64,000 nucleotides of DNA from Hemiscyllium ocellatum (taxonomy: Eukaryota): positions 15,161,873 to 15,225,872 of the forward strand of contig NC_083409.1 of NCBI RefSeq assembly GCF_020745735.1, written 5' to 3'. The translations under genes were made by a program, and so were the position numbers. This document shows, piece by piece, positions 39,406-50,764 of this stretch (the stretch's first letter is position 1; each line of letters starts with the position of its first letter). The notes beneath the pieces are model-generated. The model was not told the origin of the DNA, did not search any database, and saw only the letters and a program-made list of their open reading frames with translations.

Positions 39406-40479
39406 CGCCCACAATGTCTGTCTTACTTCCAGACTTGACGATTGTACTATACTACTTGTTCTATTCCAGAAAGCCAGTTGGCGAAGGATAAGACTAGAAC
39501 CAGTCTTTGCACCATTTAAATTAATTTAATTATTCCCTTAATGAAATCTTTGAGAATTTCAATTTTAATTGCTCCATTAATGGAAAAGCCTTCAGTTACT
39601 AAGACAGTGACCTCTCTAATCCCCTCCCTGAACTTTACTTCTGTCTATGTCACTTTCCTCCTTCAAGACACTCGAACTGTATGACAGATTTCACATCTGC
39701 CCTTGCATCTCTTTGAGGCTCAGTATCATGTTTTATTCTATTTCTGTGAAGTTACTTGATTTGTTTTATCGTATGAAAGATTTGTTATAAATGCAAATTT
39801 TTAAAGATAAAACAGGTAACTGTGAAATAAAGCATCAGAGCAGATTTCAAAAGTGATGACTGTGCTTAAAAAAACTCAACTTTCAGATGTGGAGATATGA
39901 TGGGTGGGTACATGCACTTTTTAAAGAAAAACATTTGACGACGCGTCATACATGAGATTAATTGGCAAGGAATTAAGGCAGGGATAACAAATGGGATTTA
40001 AATAGATAAAAGGGTGGAAATATAGAAAAGGACTTGGGGAAGTTCCAGAGTGGTTCACGAAAGTCGCAGTTTCTGGGTTTGCTTCTGGGGGCACTTTTGT
40101 TTTCGGTGTTCATTTAATAATTTGATTATATGCCAAGAGCGTGTGGTGTTGAAAATCAGAATATTGTAAAATAAGAAGATTTATGAGTGTTTTGGAAAAG
40201 TTAAGGAAGCTGTGAGGAGGTTTGAGAAGAAGCAGGAATGGTTTAAAGATGACCGGTAGAATTGTGTTGGCGGGTGCGTGTGTGGCAGGGTATTTTTTAA
40301 TTTTAGATTAAACGTACCAGCAGCAATTGTAATTTGAGTGGGAACAGGCCTGGTGCTATGAAGGATGGTGATTTGTAAAAGCTGTGCTTTTAATTATGGA
40401 GCAAATAGAATTCTAGAACTTAGGAAGAGAGATTGTTCAATCTTCCAATAATTCTAGCTGGCCTAGTGGTGGTGTCACT

Positions 40480-40665
40480 AATCCATCTAACTGCACATCT
40501 TTGGACTGTGGGAGGAAACTGGAGCTAGAGGAAACCTCGAGGAAACCCATGCAGACACAAGGAAAATGTACTCACTCCACACACACAGAATTGCTCAAGA
40601 GAGGAATGTGAACCCAAATACATAGTGCTCAGAGGTAGCAGTGCTAACCACTGAGCCACCATGAC
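40480..40665 (-). mobile_element. Degenerate HE1-related SINE fragment
   Basis: GGACTGTGGGAGGAAAC..AGTGCTAACCACTG. Confidence 0.75.
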
Positions 40666-40782
40666 ACCCAGAGGTAGGCTGGCAATCAATCTCCTGGCTT
40701 ATCCCACCTTCTTCCTTTTTCATAAACTTGGAAAATAATGTCGGACTGGAATTAATGTTTGCTTTCTCCTCTGGTTTTTCAG

Positions 40783-40930
40783 TCTCCTTCCTCAAAAGTG
40801 ACTGAGAGTACATCGAAGCAAGATGGCCAGAAAATCAGCTCCAGCGTCCATGTGCATGACAGACCTATTCTAAAATCCCGCCAAGCATCTGGCAGCTGGT
40901 CTGATGAAACTGTTTCTGAGACACAGTCAG
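40783..40930 (+). pseudogene. CEP350: CEP350-like middle exon (SWSDE)
   Basis: cag|SPSSK..SGSWSDETVSETQS|gtagga. Confidence 0.8.
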
Positions 40931-43159
40931 GTAGGAAATTTCAAACATGACCAAGATTCACAGAGGCTCTTCAAATTATTTGATGTGCTTCGAAACTCAA
41001 ACACGATGTGCAGTTTTAAAAAAATATGTTACATGGCTGAGAGTATAGCACAACACCGAGGGATGGTGATTCTTGAGACTTTGTCTTGTGTGAAAGTGAA
41101 AATAGCACCTGAAATGGCCTTAATAAGTTAAGGGAATTTTGTTTTAATTCACTTGTTGGATGTGGGCATTGCTGGGTGGCCAGTATTTATTGCCCATCCA
41201 TGATTGTCCATAGAACAGTTAAGAGTCAACCACATTGCTGTGGGTCTGGAGTCACAAGGAGACCAGACCAGGCAAAGATGGCACTTCTCTTCCCTAAAGA
41301 ACGTGAGTGAACCAGATGGGTTTTTTCTGACAATTGACAATGGATTCATGGTTATCATTAGATTTGTAATTCCAGTTTTTTATATTTTATTGAATTCAAG
41401 TTCCACCATCTTGCGTGGTGGGATGATGATATGAGTTCTGTCACAGGAGATTTTCCCTCTAGTTTTGCTTATTGCTGTTTTGTCACTGTAATTGAGGCCG
41501 ACAGCCCAGAGTTAAGTCAGCATCGGTGTGATAGATTGTCTGTTAACATCTGGTTCTGTCAGTTTCCTTTGGAATCTCTTAAATTGAAACAGTAAGAGCT
41601 GAATGCCTGTGCAAGTTTGATTTCATTGGTCTGTAACTTCGGTCATGTTACATCTGACTAAATTGGAGAAAACATTGCGTACCACTGAAGTATTCAACAA
41701 AGAAAAGTCAACTCAAGCAGGTTTTCCTGTTTCTGACTCTCCAACTGTGTCCCTTTGCCACTCCAGCCCCCTGGTCCACACCCTTTATATCTCAGCAGCA
41801 GTACAGTGCAGTGCTGAAGTATTGTTTTCAAAGTGAGGCCCCTTCTTCCTCCTTGGGTGAGTTTTTTTTAAAAAAGATTTTTAGAGCTACTTTGAAGAGG
41901 AGTGGAGTTCTCCCTCATGGTCCTGGTCAGTCTACTACATGAGTCAGTATGGCTGAACGTTTTGTGGGAACTTGCTGTGTGAAAGTTTGTTGCAGTTTTT
42001 GACGATATTATAATTAGTGGCTATACTTCAAAGGTTGGGAGCAACATGCTACAAGTGTGAAAAGTTACATATATATTGCAAGTTTTTTGGCAATTTGAGG
42101 TTAAGGTGGGTGACTTGAGCATTGGTTACAAAGTATTGTCCAGCACGAAGACCAAGTTCTTTACAATTCCAACAATGCAACTTCTATTTTACTATGGCAC
42201 TGACATTGAAGTGTACACTGGATGACTCCTCCCAGTAACTCAGACTTGCAACACTGCAATGTGAACTTTTTACCACGGTCTAAAGTCAACATCAAGCTGC
42301 TCATTGTCTAGCCTGACTTCACTTTGTGCACAGTTTGTGAAGTGTTGCACTTTGCCAGGGACTGAGAATGGGCATGTGTAAATCAGCTTTTCATCCACAG
42401 AGCAAATTTGAGACTGTTCATTTCCTTTGTTTGGTCTTTTTAACTCGACTCTAATATGTCTTCAGTCTGAACTGTACTATTTCCCACACCAACATTTCCA
42501 GGCGTGTTACTTGCCTTTGACGGTGTTAGCCAAGATACCTTTCAAACACTTCCTGTCTGGAGCCATGTGAGGCAGTGGTCATTAGTTAGATCATATAGCT
42601 TTGATGAACTCACCTGTTAAACTGAGAACGATTTGACCATCCTGAAATGCTGGGTCCACTGTATGAATCCACGTCAACCCCAATGATTATTGTGAGACCT
42701 CCCACAGTGCTGATCTTCAGTTGTCTGCCTACAGTCTATTAAAGGCAGAACATTTTTGGAATTTGACAGAGCAGAGGCCAGCACTTGTTGGCAAAGTGCT
42801 GAACCATGTAATGCGGTGAATTGATAAGTGAATAATTACTCATTTCTCCGTCTCGGTCTTGGGCAAGGGAAAATGTCAAACCTTCTCACAATCTGGGAGT
42901 ATTGCATGCTACCTTAAAGTTGTTTTGTATATGCTTTCGGATCTCACTGATGTTATTCACTTCAATTATAATTAAGTTTTAAAGCATTTAGTGATTTTTG
43001 TTTAATGGAACATGCTTTGAGTTTCATCCAATTTTACATCATTCAGAATGGGAAAAGAATCAGCAGGTCCACGCATCAAAGTCTTCATTGAGCAGTTTAT
43101 GGGAAGGATAATGGATTGGAGGTTGTTTTGTCTGTGTATTTAGGGTGTATGCATTAGTT

Positions 43160-43364
43160 GAAAATGTGTTGCTGGAAAAGCGCAGCAGGTCAGGCAACAT
43201 CCAAGGAGCAGGAGAGTCGACATTTCGGGCATGAGCCCTTCTTCAGGAATCATGCCCGAAATGTCGCGCCTCTCCTGCTCCTTGGATGCTGCCTGACTTC
43301 CCGTGCTTTTCCAGCAACACATTGTCAGCTCTGATCTCCAGCATCTGCAGTCCTCACTTTCTCC
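43160..43364. mobile_element. Fold-back Penelope terminal insertion present only in copy B
   Basis: ~75-bp imperfect inverted arms; TSD TGCATTAGTT at 43150-43159 and 43369-43378; empty site at ~17210-17220. Confidence 0.85.
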
Positions 43365-43406
43365 TATGTGCATTAGTTGCCATTTCTCCTGTGCTTCTAT
43401 CCCCAA

Positions 43407-43528
43407 ATCTTCATTTCTAATGAGGTTAGGAAGTTGTTTGGATTCAACCAGGAGCAATATCAGAAGACAGACTGCAGAAGATGAAGACATTTGACAGGAG
43501 AAAACGTGATTGGGTGGACAATATTTTG
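43407..43528 (+). pseudogene. CEP350: CEP350-like copy B: KTDWQKM exon, out of order
   Basis: Paralog of 17248-17370; acceptor changed to AA; 1-bp deletion (gactgcag vs gactggcag). Confidence 0.88.
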
Positions 43529-43892
43529 GTAAGTGCTGCAGTTTAGCAACTGTTCATATTATATTGTACCATTACATCACGATTATGAACACTGCATCCT
43601 ACATCTGAATTTTCTATTATTTCAAATGGCAAATGCTTTATCTGTTTTTGGCTTACCTGTCTGGCTCTGCTGCACTCATCCAGAAAATGCTTCAACTTTC
43701 TGATTGAATTGAAAACTTGGGTCCTCACTGGAGTAGTTTGCTAAAAATCAAGACCTGCTATTCCTTAGTTGCCAGAAAACTTAATTAAAAATTCAGAAGT
43801 ACATTGAATTCAGTGCAGTTGGCAAAGTAGTGTCATGTGTACTTCTTTAAATCCCAGTGTTTGATTTCCCTTTCTCCCCATGTTTCTTTCAG

Positions 43893-44038
43893 TCCTATGA
43901 TGGGTTTATGACGAAGACCGAAGCTGAGCCCAGTAAAGATTGTGATGTTGGCAGCTCAAGCTCAACCAAACCGCAAATTAAAACTCTGTACTCCACTAAT
44001 ACTGAGAAGCTGAAGATTAAACCCTGCTCTCTGCAGAG
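43893..44038 (+). pseudogene. CEP350: CEP350-like copy B: SYDEF exon
   Basis: cag|SYDGFMTKTEAEPSKD..KPQIKTL..EKLKIKP. Confidence 0.88.
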
Positions 44039-44500
44039 GTACTTTCAGTAATGGATGTTAATTGTGTAATCTTATGAAGGGATGTCTCTTGTATTTCTCT
44101 TTCATACCCCTTTGGTCCAAATTAGTTGGTGATTAAATGGTTCTTGAGTGAAAGAGACCAGAACATGTACAGATACTTTACAGCAGGGAAGTGTGCCTTT
44201 TGGCCCAACAGACTAGTGCAGTTATTTAGTCTCTGTGCAACTCTGCTCCCACTTTCTCTCATCCCGTCTGTGCATCCTTCTGTATATTTCTCCCTGAGGT
44301 ACATATCTAATGTCCCCTTAAACATATTCGAGCCATTCAACTGAAGCATTCCTGGCATAAGCAAGTTCCATGTTGTCATTCTTCTCAGGGAAGAATATCT
44401 TGTTTTGAGTTTCTGATTCGATTCATTAATGTGAACTTCCTGTTCAGGTCAGCCTCACAAGTGAAAACATTTTTCCCTCCATGCAGCTCAAGCACCTTCA

Positions 44501-47500
44501 GCAAGGACCAGAGGCCTGACAGGAAGTTAACTTTAAAATATGCAAACTTACCTCTGGGGATCAGTGTTCTTCATTATATGGGCGGCAGTGGGAGTGGGAG
44601 GAGCGACAATGAGGACCAGAGACCCGATGGGATGATAACTTTAAAATATAAAAACTTAGCTTGGCGGAGCGAACACTGAGCAGGAACGGACGTGAGACTG
44701 CTTGATAAGTGAGGCTTTTGAAGAAGCAGCAGAGCGACAGGCCACAGCGAGGCGCAGAGGTCTGTTGGGTATATATTTAGGCAGCAACTGAATCCCGATA
44801 TACTACACGTGTCATGTCTCCCCCTGCCCTCTCCTCTCACCAAAGAAAAGGACTCCCGTGTGATGCTAAGGTAAGGCGTTTCAATTGATATTTCTCGTGT
44901 ATCGTGTGATTGATTAAAAGTTCGCTATTAGTTGGTTAGTTGAATAATATTTAACTTATCATTTTGTATAAATGAATTAAATAAGTAGAGATGGCTAGAC
45001 AGGTGATGTGCTGTAGCTGTATGTTCTGGGAGCTGGCTGATCCCATTGTGAAGGGCAGTGACCACATCTACAGCAAGTGTTGGTTGCTGAAAGAACTCTG
45101 GATCATAATTGATGATCTAGAATCTGATCATCAAACACTGCGGCACATCCAGGAGGGAAGAGTTACCTGAACGCAGTGTTTCAGGAGGCAGTCACACCCG
45201 GTAGATTAAGTAATTCAAATTCAGTTAGTGATCAGGAACAACAGGGGGTGACTGTAAGTGAGGCAGGTAGGGGGATTCTGAGTTCAGGAGTGGAGGAGCC
45301 TCAGCCCTTGAACTTGTCCAACAGGTATGCGATTTTTGCTCCTGTATGGATGAGGAAAAGGGCTGTGGACAGGATGAGCCAGCTGACCATGACACTTATG
45401 AGTCTGGGGGAAGGGAAAGGGAAAGCAACAGGGAGTATGGAGTCAAGTAGAACAATAAGCGGCAGGTTAGCATGTGTACAGGGTTTCAGTCCAAGGCAGA
45501 TCAGGAATGAAGCAAAAACGAAGGATAACTTTGGACATATTACGCGAGATGTTGGAAATCATGAGGTTAGGAAAATTAGCATTAAGGCACTTTACCTGAA
45601 TGTTCATAGTATTTGTAACAAAGTAGATGAATTAACAGCACGTATGATGATGTGGTAGGCATCACAGATACGTGGTTGCAGGGCGTTCAGGACTTGCTGT
45701 TAAACATCCAAGGATTTACAACTTATTGAAAAGAGAGAGCAGAGGGTACAGGGTTGCCTTATTAGTTAAGAATGAAATTAAATCCATGGCACTGAATGAC
45801 ATAGGATCAGATGATGTGGAGTTGAGGAACCACAAAGGGAAAAAACCATAATGGGAGTTACGTGCTGACCTCACAGCAGTGGTCAGGACCAAGGGCGCAA
45901 GATGTACCAGGAAATAGATAGGGCATGTCAGAATGGCAAGGTCAAGGTGACCATGGGGTACTTGAATATGCAAATGGCCTAGTTGAATAATGTTATCGGG
46001 GGATCCAAACAAAGGGTATTCATGGGATGCTTACAGGATGGCTTTTTGGAACAGCTTGTGATGGAGCCCACAAAGGAGCAGGCTATTCTGGACTTAGTGC
46101 TATGTAATGAACCTGACTTCATAAAAGTTCTTAAAGTCAGGGAACACTTAGGAGGCAGCGATCATAATATGGTAGGGTTCAGGCTGCAGTTTGAAAGAGA
46201 GAAGGCAAAATCGAATGTAATGGTGTTACAGTTAAATAAAGGTAATTACAGGGGCATGAGAGAGGAACTGACGAAAATCAACTGGAAACAGAGCCTAGTG
46301 GGCAAGACAGGAGAGCAACAATGGCAGGAGTTTCTGGGTGTTTCCGGGTGGGGGGAGGTGGATTTAGAGAGCCATGGCTGACAAAGGAAGTCAGGAAATG
46401 TATCAAAGAGAAAGAGAGAGCTTATAAAGTGGCTGGGAAGACTGGGAAATCAGAAGATTGGGAAGACTACAAAAACAAACAGAGGATAACGAAGAGAGAA
46501 AAACGGAAGGAGAGGATCAAATATGAAGGTAGGCTCACCAGTAATATTAGAAATGTCAGTGAAAGTTGCTTTCAATACATAAAAAACAGACGAGTGGCAA
46601 AAGTAGAAATTAAGCTGATCCAAATTGATGCAGGAAGGCTAGAGTTGGGAGTTAATAGCTGAAGAACTTAATAAGTACTTCGTGTCAGTCTTCACAATGG
46701 AAGACATGAGTAATATCCCAACAATTAAGGAAAATCAGAGAGCAGAGTTGAGTATGGTTGCCATTACAAAAGAGAAAGTGCTAGAAAAGCTAAAAGGTCT
46801 AAAAATTGATAAATCTCCTGGCCCGATGGGCTCCATCCTAGAGTTCAGAGGGAAGTGGCTAAGGAAATAGAGAAGGCGTTGGTTGTGATTTTTCAAACAT
46901 CAATGGAGTCAGGGAAAGTCCCAGATGATTGGAAAATCACCGTTGCAACCCCCTTGTCCAAGAAGGATCCAGGCACAAGTTGGAAAATTGTAGGCCGTTT
47001 AGCCTAACCTCGGTTGTCGATAAAATTCTGGAATATGTTGTTAAGGATGATATTTCTAAATTCTTGGAAGTGCAGGGTCAGATTAGAACGAGTCAGCATT
47101 GATTTAGTAAGGGTAGATCGTAACTGACAAACATGTTTGCATTCTTTTGAAGAGGTAACAAGTCGGTTAGACCAGGGAAACCCAGTGGGTGTTATCCATC
47201 TCGACTTCCAAAAGGTCTTTGGTAAGGTGCCTCGTGGGAGGCTGCTGAGTAAGGTGAGGGCCATGGTGTTTGAGGTGAGCTACTGGTATGGATTGAGGAT
47301 TGGCTGTCTGAAAGAAGGCAGAGAGTTGGGATAAAAGGTTCTTTTTCGGAATGGCAGCTGGTGACAAGTGGTGTCCCGCAGGATTCAGTGTTGGGGCCGC
47401 AGCTGTTCACTTTATATATTAATGATCTGGATGAAGGGAACTGGGGGCTTTCTGGTAAAGTTCACCGATGATAAGTAGTTAGGTGGACAGGCAGGATGTT

Positions 47501-48359
47501 CTGACAAGGTGGGGAGGCTACAGAAAGATTTAGACAGTTTTGGAGGGTGGTCCAGGAAATGGTTGATGAAATTCAACGTGTGCAAATGCAATGCCTTGCA
47601 CTTTGAATAAAAGAATACAGGCATGGACTATTTTCTAAACGGTGAGAAAATTCCTAAAGCCAAAGTACAAAGGGATCTGGGAGTGCTAGTCCAGGATTCT
47701 CTTAAGGTTGAATTATAGGTTGAGTCCGTGGTTAAGAAAGCAAATGTAATGTTGTCATTTATCTCAAGAGGATTGGAATATAAAAGCATTGATGTGCTTC
47801 TGAGACTTGATAAAGCTCTAATTAGGCCCCGTTTAGAATGCTGTGTCCAATTTCGTGCCCCACACCTCAGGAAGGACATACTGGCACTAGTGTGTGTCCA
47901 GCAGAGACTCTCACAGATGATCCCTGGAATGGTAGGCCGAACATACAATGACCAGCTGAGGAGCCTGGTATTGTATTCATTAGAGTTTAGAAGGTTGAGG
48001 GGAGATCTAATAGAAACTTACAAGATAAAGCATGGCTTAGAAAGGGTGGAAGCTAGGAAGTTGTTCCCGTTAGGCAGGGAAACTAGGGCCCGTGTGCACA
48101 GCCTTAGAATGAGAGGGCGTCAATTTAGAATGGAAATAAGACATTTTTTCAGCCAGAATTCATTGCCATGGAGCACAGTGGAGGTTGGGATGTTGGGTGT
48201 CTTCAAGGCAGAGATTGGTAAATTCTTGATCCCACATGGAATTAAGGGCTATGGAGGGAGTGCGGGTAACTGGAGTTGAAATGCCCATCAGCCATGATTA
48301 AATGGCGGAGTGGACTCAATGGGCCGAATGGCCTTACTTCCACTCCTCTATCTTATGGT
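44501..48359 (+). mobile_element. Near full-length CR1-like LINE (5' UTR, ORF1 remnant, ORF2, 3' tail), degenerate with internal deletions; present only in copy B
   Basis: ORF1 start MARQVMCCSC (~44991), [37 protein letters not shown], tail TCTTATGG. Empty site GCACCTTCA|TTTTTAAA at ~18270. Confidence 0.9.
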
Positions 48360-48419
48360 CTTCTTTTTTAAACTTCTCTATCAAATCTCATTTTTAAAGT
48401 TCTGTATCCAGTCACTAGT

Positions 48420-49140
48420 TCATACAGTTAATGGTCGGGCCCTGGGTGTGTTGCTGAACAAAGAGACCTCGGGATGCAGGTGCATAGTTCCTTGAAAGTG
48501 GAGTTGCAGGTAGAAAGGGTGGTGAAGAAGGCATTTGGCATGCTTGCCTTCATTGGTCAGAACATTGACTGTCGTGGTTGAAGTGTAACGTTGCAGTTGT
48601 ACAGAACGTTAGTGAGGCCTCGTCTGGAATACTGCATACAGTTCTGATCACCTTTCTGTAGGAAGGATGTTAAATCTGAGAGTGCAGAAAAGATTTACAA
48701 GGATGTTGCCGGGACTGAGTTGCAAGGAGAGGCTGAATAGGCTGAAATATTTTTCCCATGGAGCATCGGAGGCTGAAGGGGTTTTGTAGAGGTTTATTAA
48801 ATCATGAGGGGCATGGATCGGGTGAATAGCCAAGATTTTTTTTTCCCAGGGCAGGCAAGTTGTAAACTAGAGGGCATAGGTTTAAGATGAGAGGGAAAGA
48901 TTTAAAAAGGGTCTGACGGATAACTTTTCAGGCAGAGGGAGCTGCACACATGGAATGAGCTGCCAGAGTGGTGGAGAGGGGAATAATTACAACTTGCACC
49001 TTTTAAAAGGCATCGGGATGGGTACATGAATAGGAAGGGTTGAGAAGGATTTGGGCCAAATGCTGGCAAACTGGGACTAGGTCACGTTGGAATATCTGGT
49101 TGGTGCGGATGAGCTGGGTCTGTTGTATAACTGACTCTAT
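48420..49140 (+). mobile_element. 5'-truncated CR1/HER1-like 3' fragment; its start is shared with copy A at ~18340-18400
   Basis: Typical CR1 3' ORF2 and UTR sequence. Confidence 0.8.
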
Positions 49141-49725
49141 GACCCCATGCATTTTGACGTCAATGCTGAATCAACCTTTTGAGATAAAATATTTCATTGT
49201 CAGAGCTATCTGGAGTTTAATGTCTTTTTTTTAAAAAAATGTATTTGTAATGAAGTCCATCTGTTTACTCGATGTGAAAAAGCAAGAATGGATCTTTATT
49301 TTTAAAGAGGAAATGATGGCTGAAGGTTGCTTTGACATAAAACTTGCTGCTGCAGAATATTATATGTTCATACAGAATATAATCAGTTCTGTTGGGTGAG
49401 TTTTTGAGATGTGCCTTAAAGCAATCAAGTGGGTGAAAGATTTCTACAAAGTATTGAGTATTGTTGGAATAGAGAACTGCCACATATACTGTGATCCGAC
49501 TCCCATGCTGGAAGTTTTCAAACAATTAAATCACTGCCCATTCATATTCAATCCCCTTTTGTACATGAAATGTGTTTTGCTTCCCACTTCCTCCTCATTT
49601 CCATTCCAAATTGACACTCTCTCATTCTAAGGATGTGCGCACGGGCCCTAGTTTCCCTGCCTAACGTGAACTTCCTAGCTTCCACCCTTTCTAAGCCATG
49701 TGTTATCTTGTAAGTTTCTATCTAC

Positions 49726-50760
49726 TGAGGATCTGAATCCTGAATGCAGACTGAGGTAACCAGTTGTTGTCAGGAACAACCACTTCACACATGCTCTTAC
49801 TCACTAAAATGGGAACAAAATGGCTTCTTAATGCAAATAATATGACAAACTGGCTTCTAGGCTGCAAATTGACAAATCTACTAAAAGCTGCATAAATGGC
49901 TTTTAACGCTGTTAGAGCTGCATAATTGACTATCACAGTCTGCCTCAACAGAGATTAGCAGACAATGCTTCCTTTACAACATAGAAATAACTAGACTAGA
50001 TGAGACATTACTGGCCAATCTAACTGACCTTCAAGTGCTGGTGCAAAGATTCCGTTAGTCAGATAAGAGGGCCTTAAGTGTTGGAAAATAAAGTTGATTC
50101 CCAGGAAATATCATTGGACCAAGTTGCTGTCAGTTAAGCTTATTTTGTAACTTGATTGGTAATTGTCTGAATGTACTACACGATAATGGCCTGTACATTT
50201 CTTTAAGAAAAGTATAAAAATATCTTTGTTTCAAGCCATGCGTGCAGCTCCTCTGAGGAACACCGAAGTGTATAACCTCTGTGTTTCTGGGCGATCTGTG
50301 CCCGGACGTATGAAAACTAAAGAATGAAGTCTTAAAGAACCAGACCGAATGTGAGTGCTTATTGACCGATCATGGAACAGAACCTCCCCTGCCCCCCGTC
50401 CACTGGGGTCCAAATCCCATCTGGTGCTATGACTCGGACTCATTACGGACAGATTATGGGAAGCGGTGTAAGTGCCTTGAGTCCTCCGCTATTGAGTGTA
50501 GAGGAATCGGCCAGCCAGGCGTGAGTATTTTGGTCGTTTGGTTTCCCTCTCATTCATTAGTGCGTCACTTGACCCCTCGTTACTTACTAGGGATCGGCCT
50601 TGGTAAGAATTAATTCAGGAAAGATTAAAGAGGAGGTGGGGACACCCACTAACAGGTCGGGGACCTGTGGATCCAAAATAGAGTCCAGGGCACTATTTTT
50701 TAAAAAAGAGAGAGGAGTCGGGGACTCCGATTCGGTCGGATTGGTGCTGTCTAAATTAAC
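49726..50760 (+). mobile_element. ERV-2 5' remnant: LTR (~49726-50419), tRNA-His PBS, leader with splice donor; truncated
   Basis: LTR ends ..ATCCCA. PBS TGGTGCTATGACTCGGAC (50422-50439) matches TGGTGCCGTGACTCGGAT at 15/18. TATA-like GTATAAAAA ~50212; donor GGC|GTGAGT at 50521; shares ACAAAATGGCTTCTTA..AACTGGCTTC with the ERV-1 LTR. Confidence 0.8.
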
Positions 50761-50764
50761 TCTG

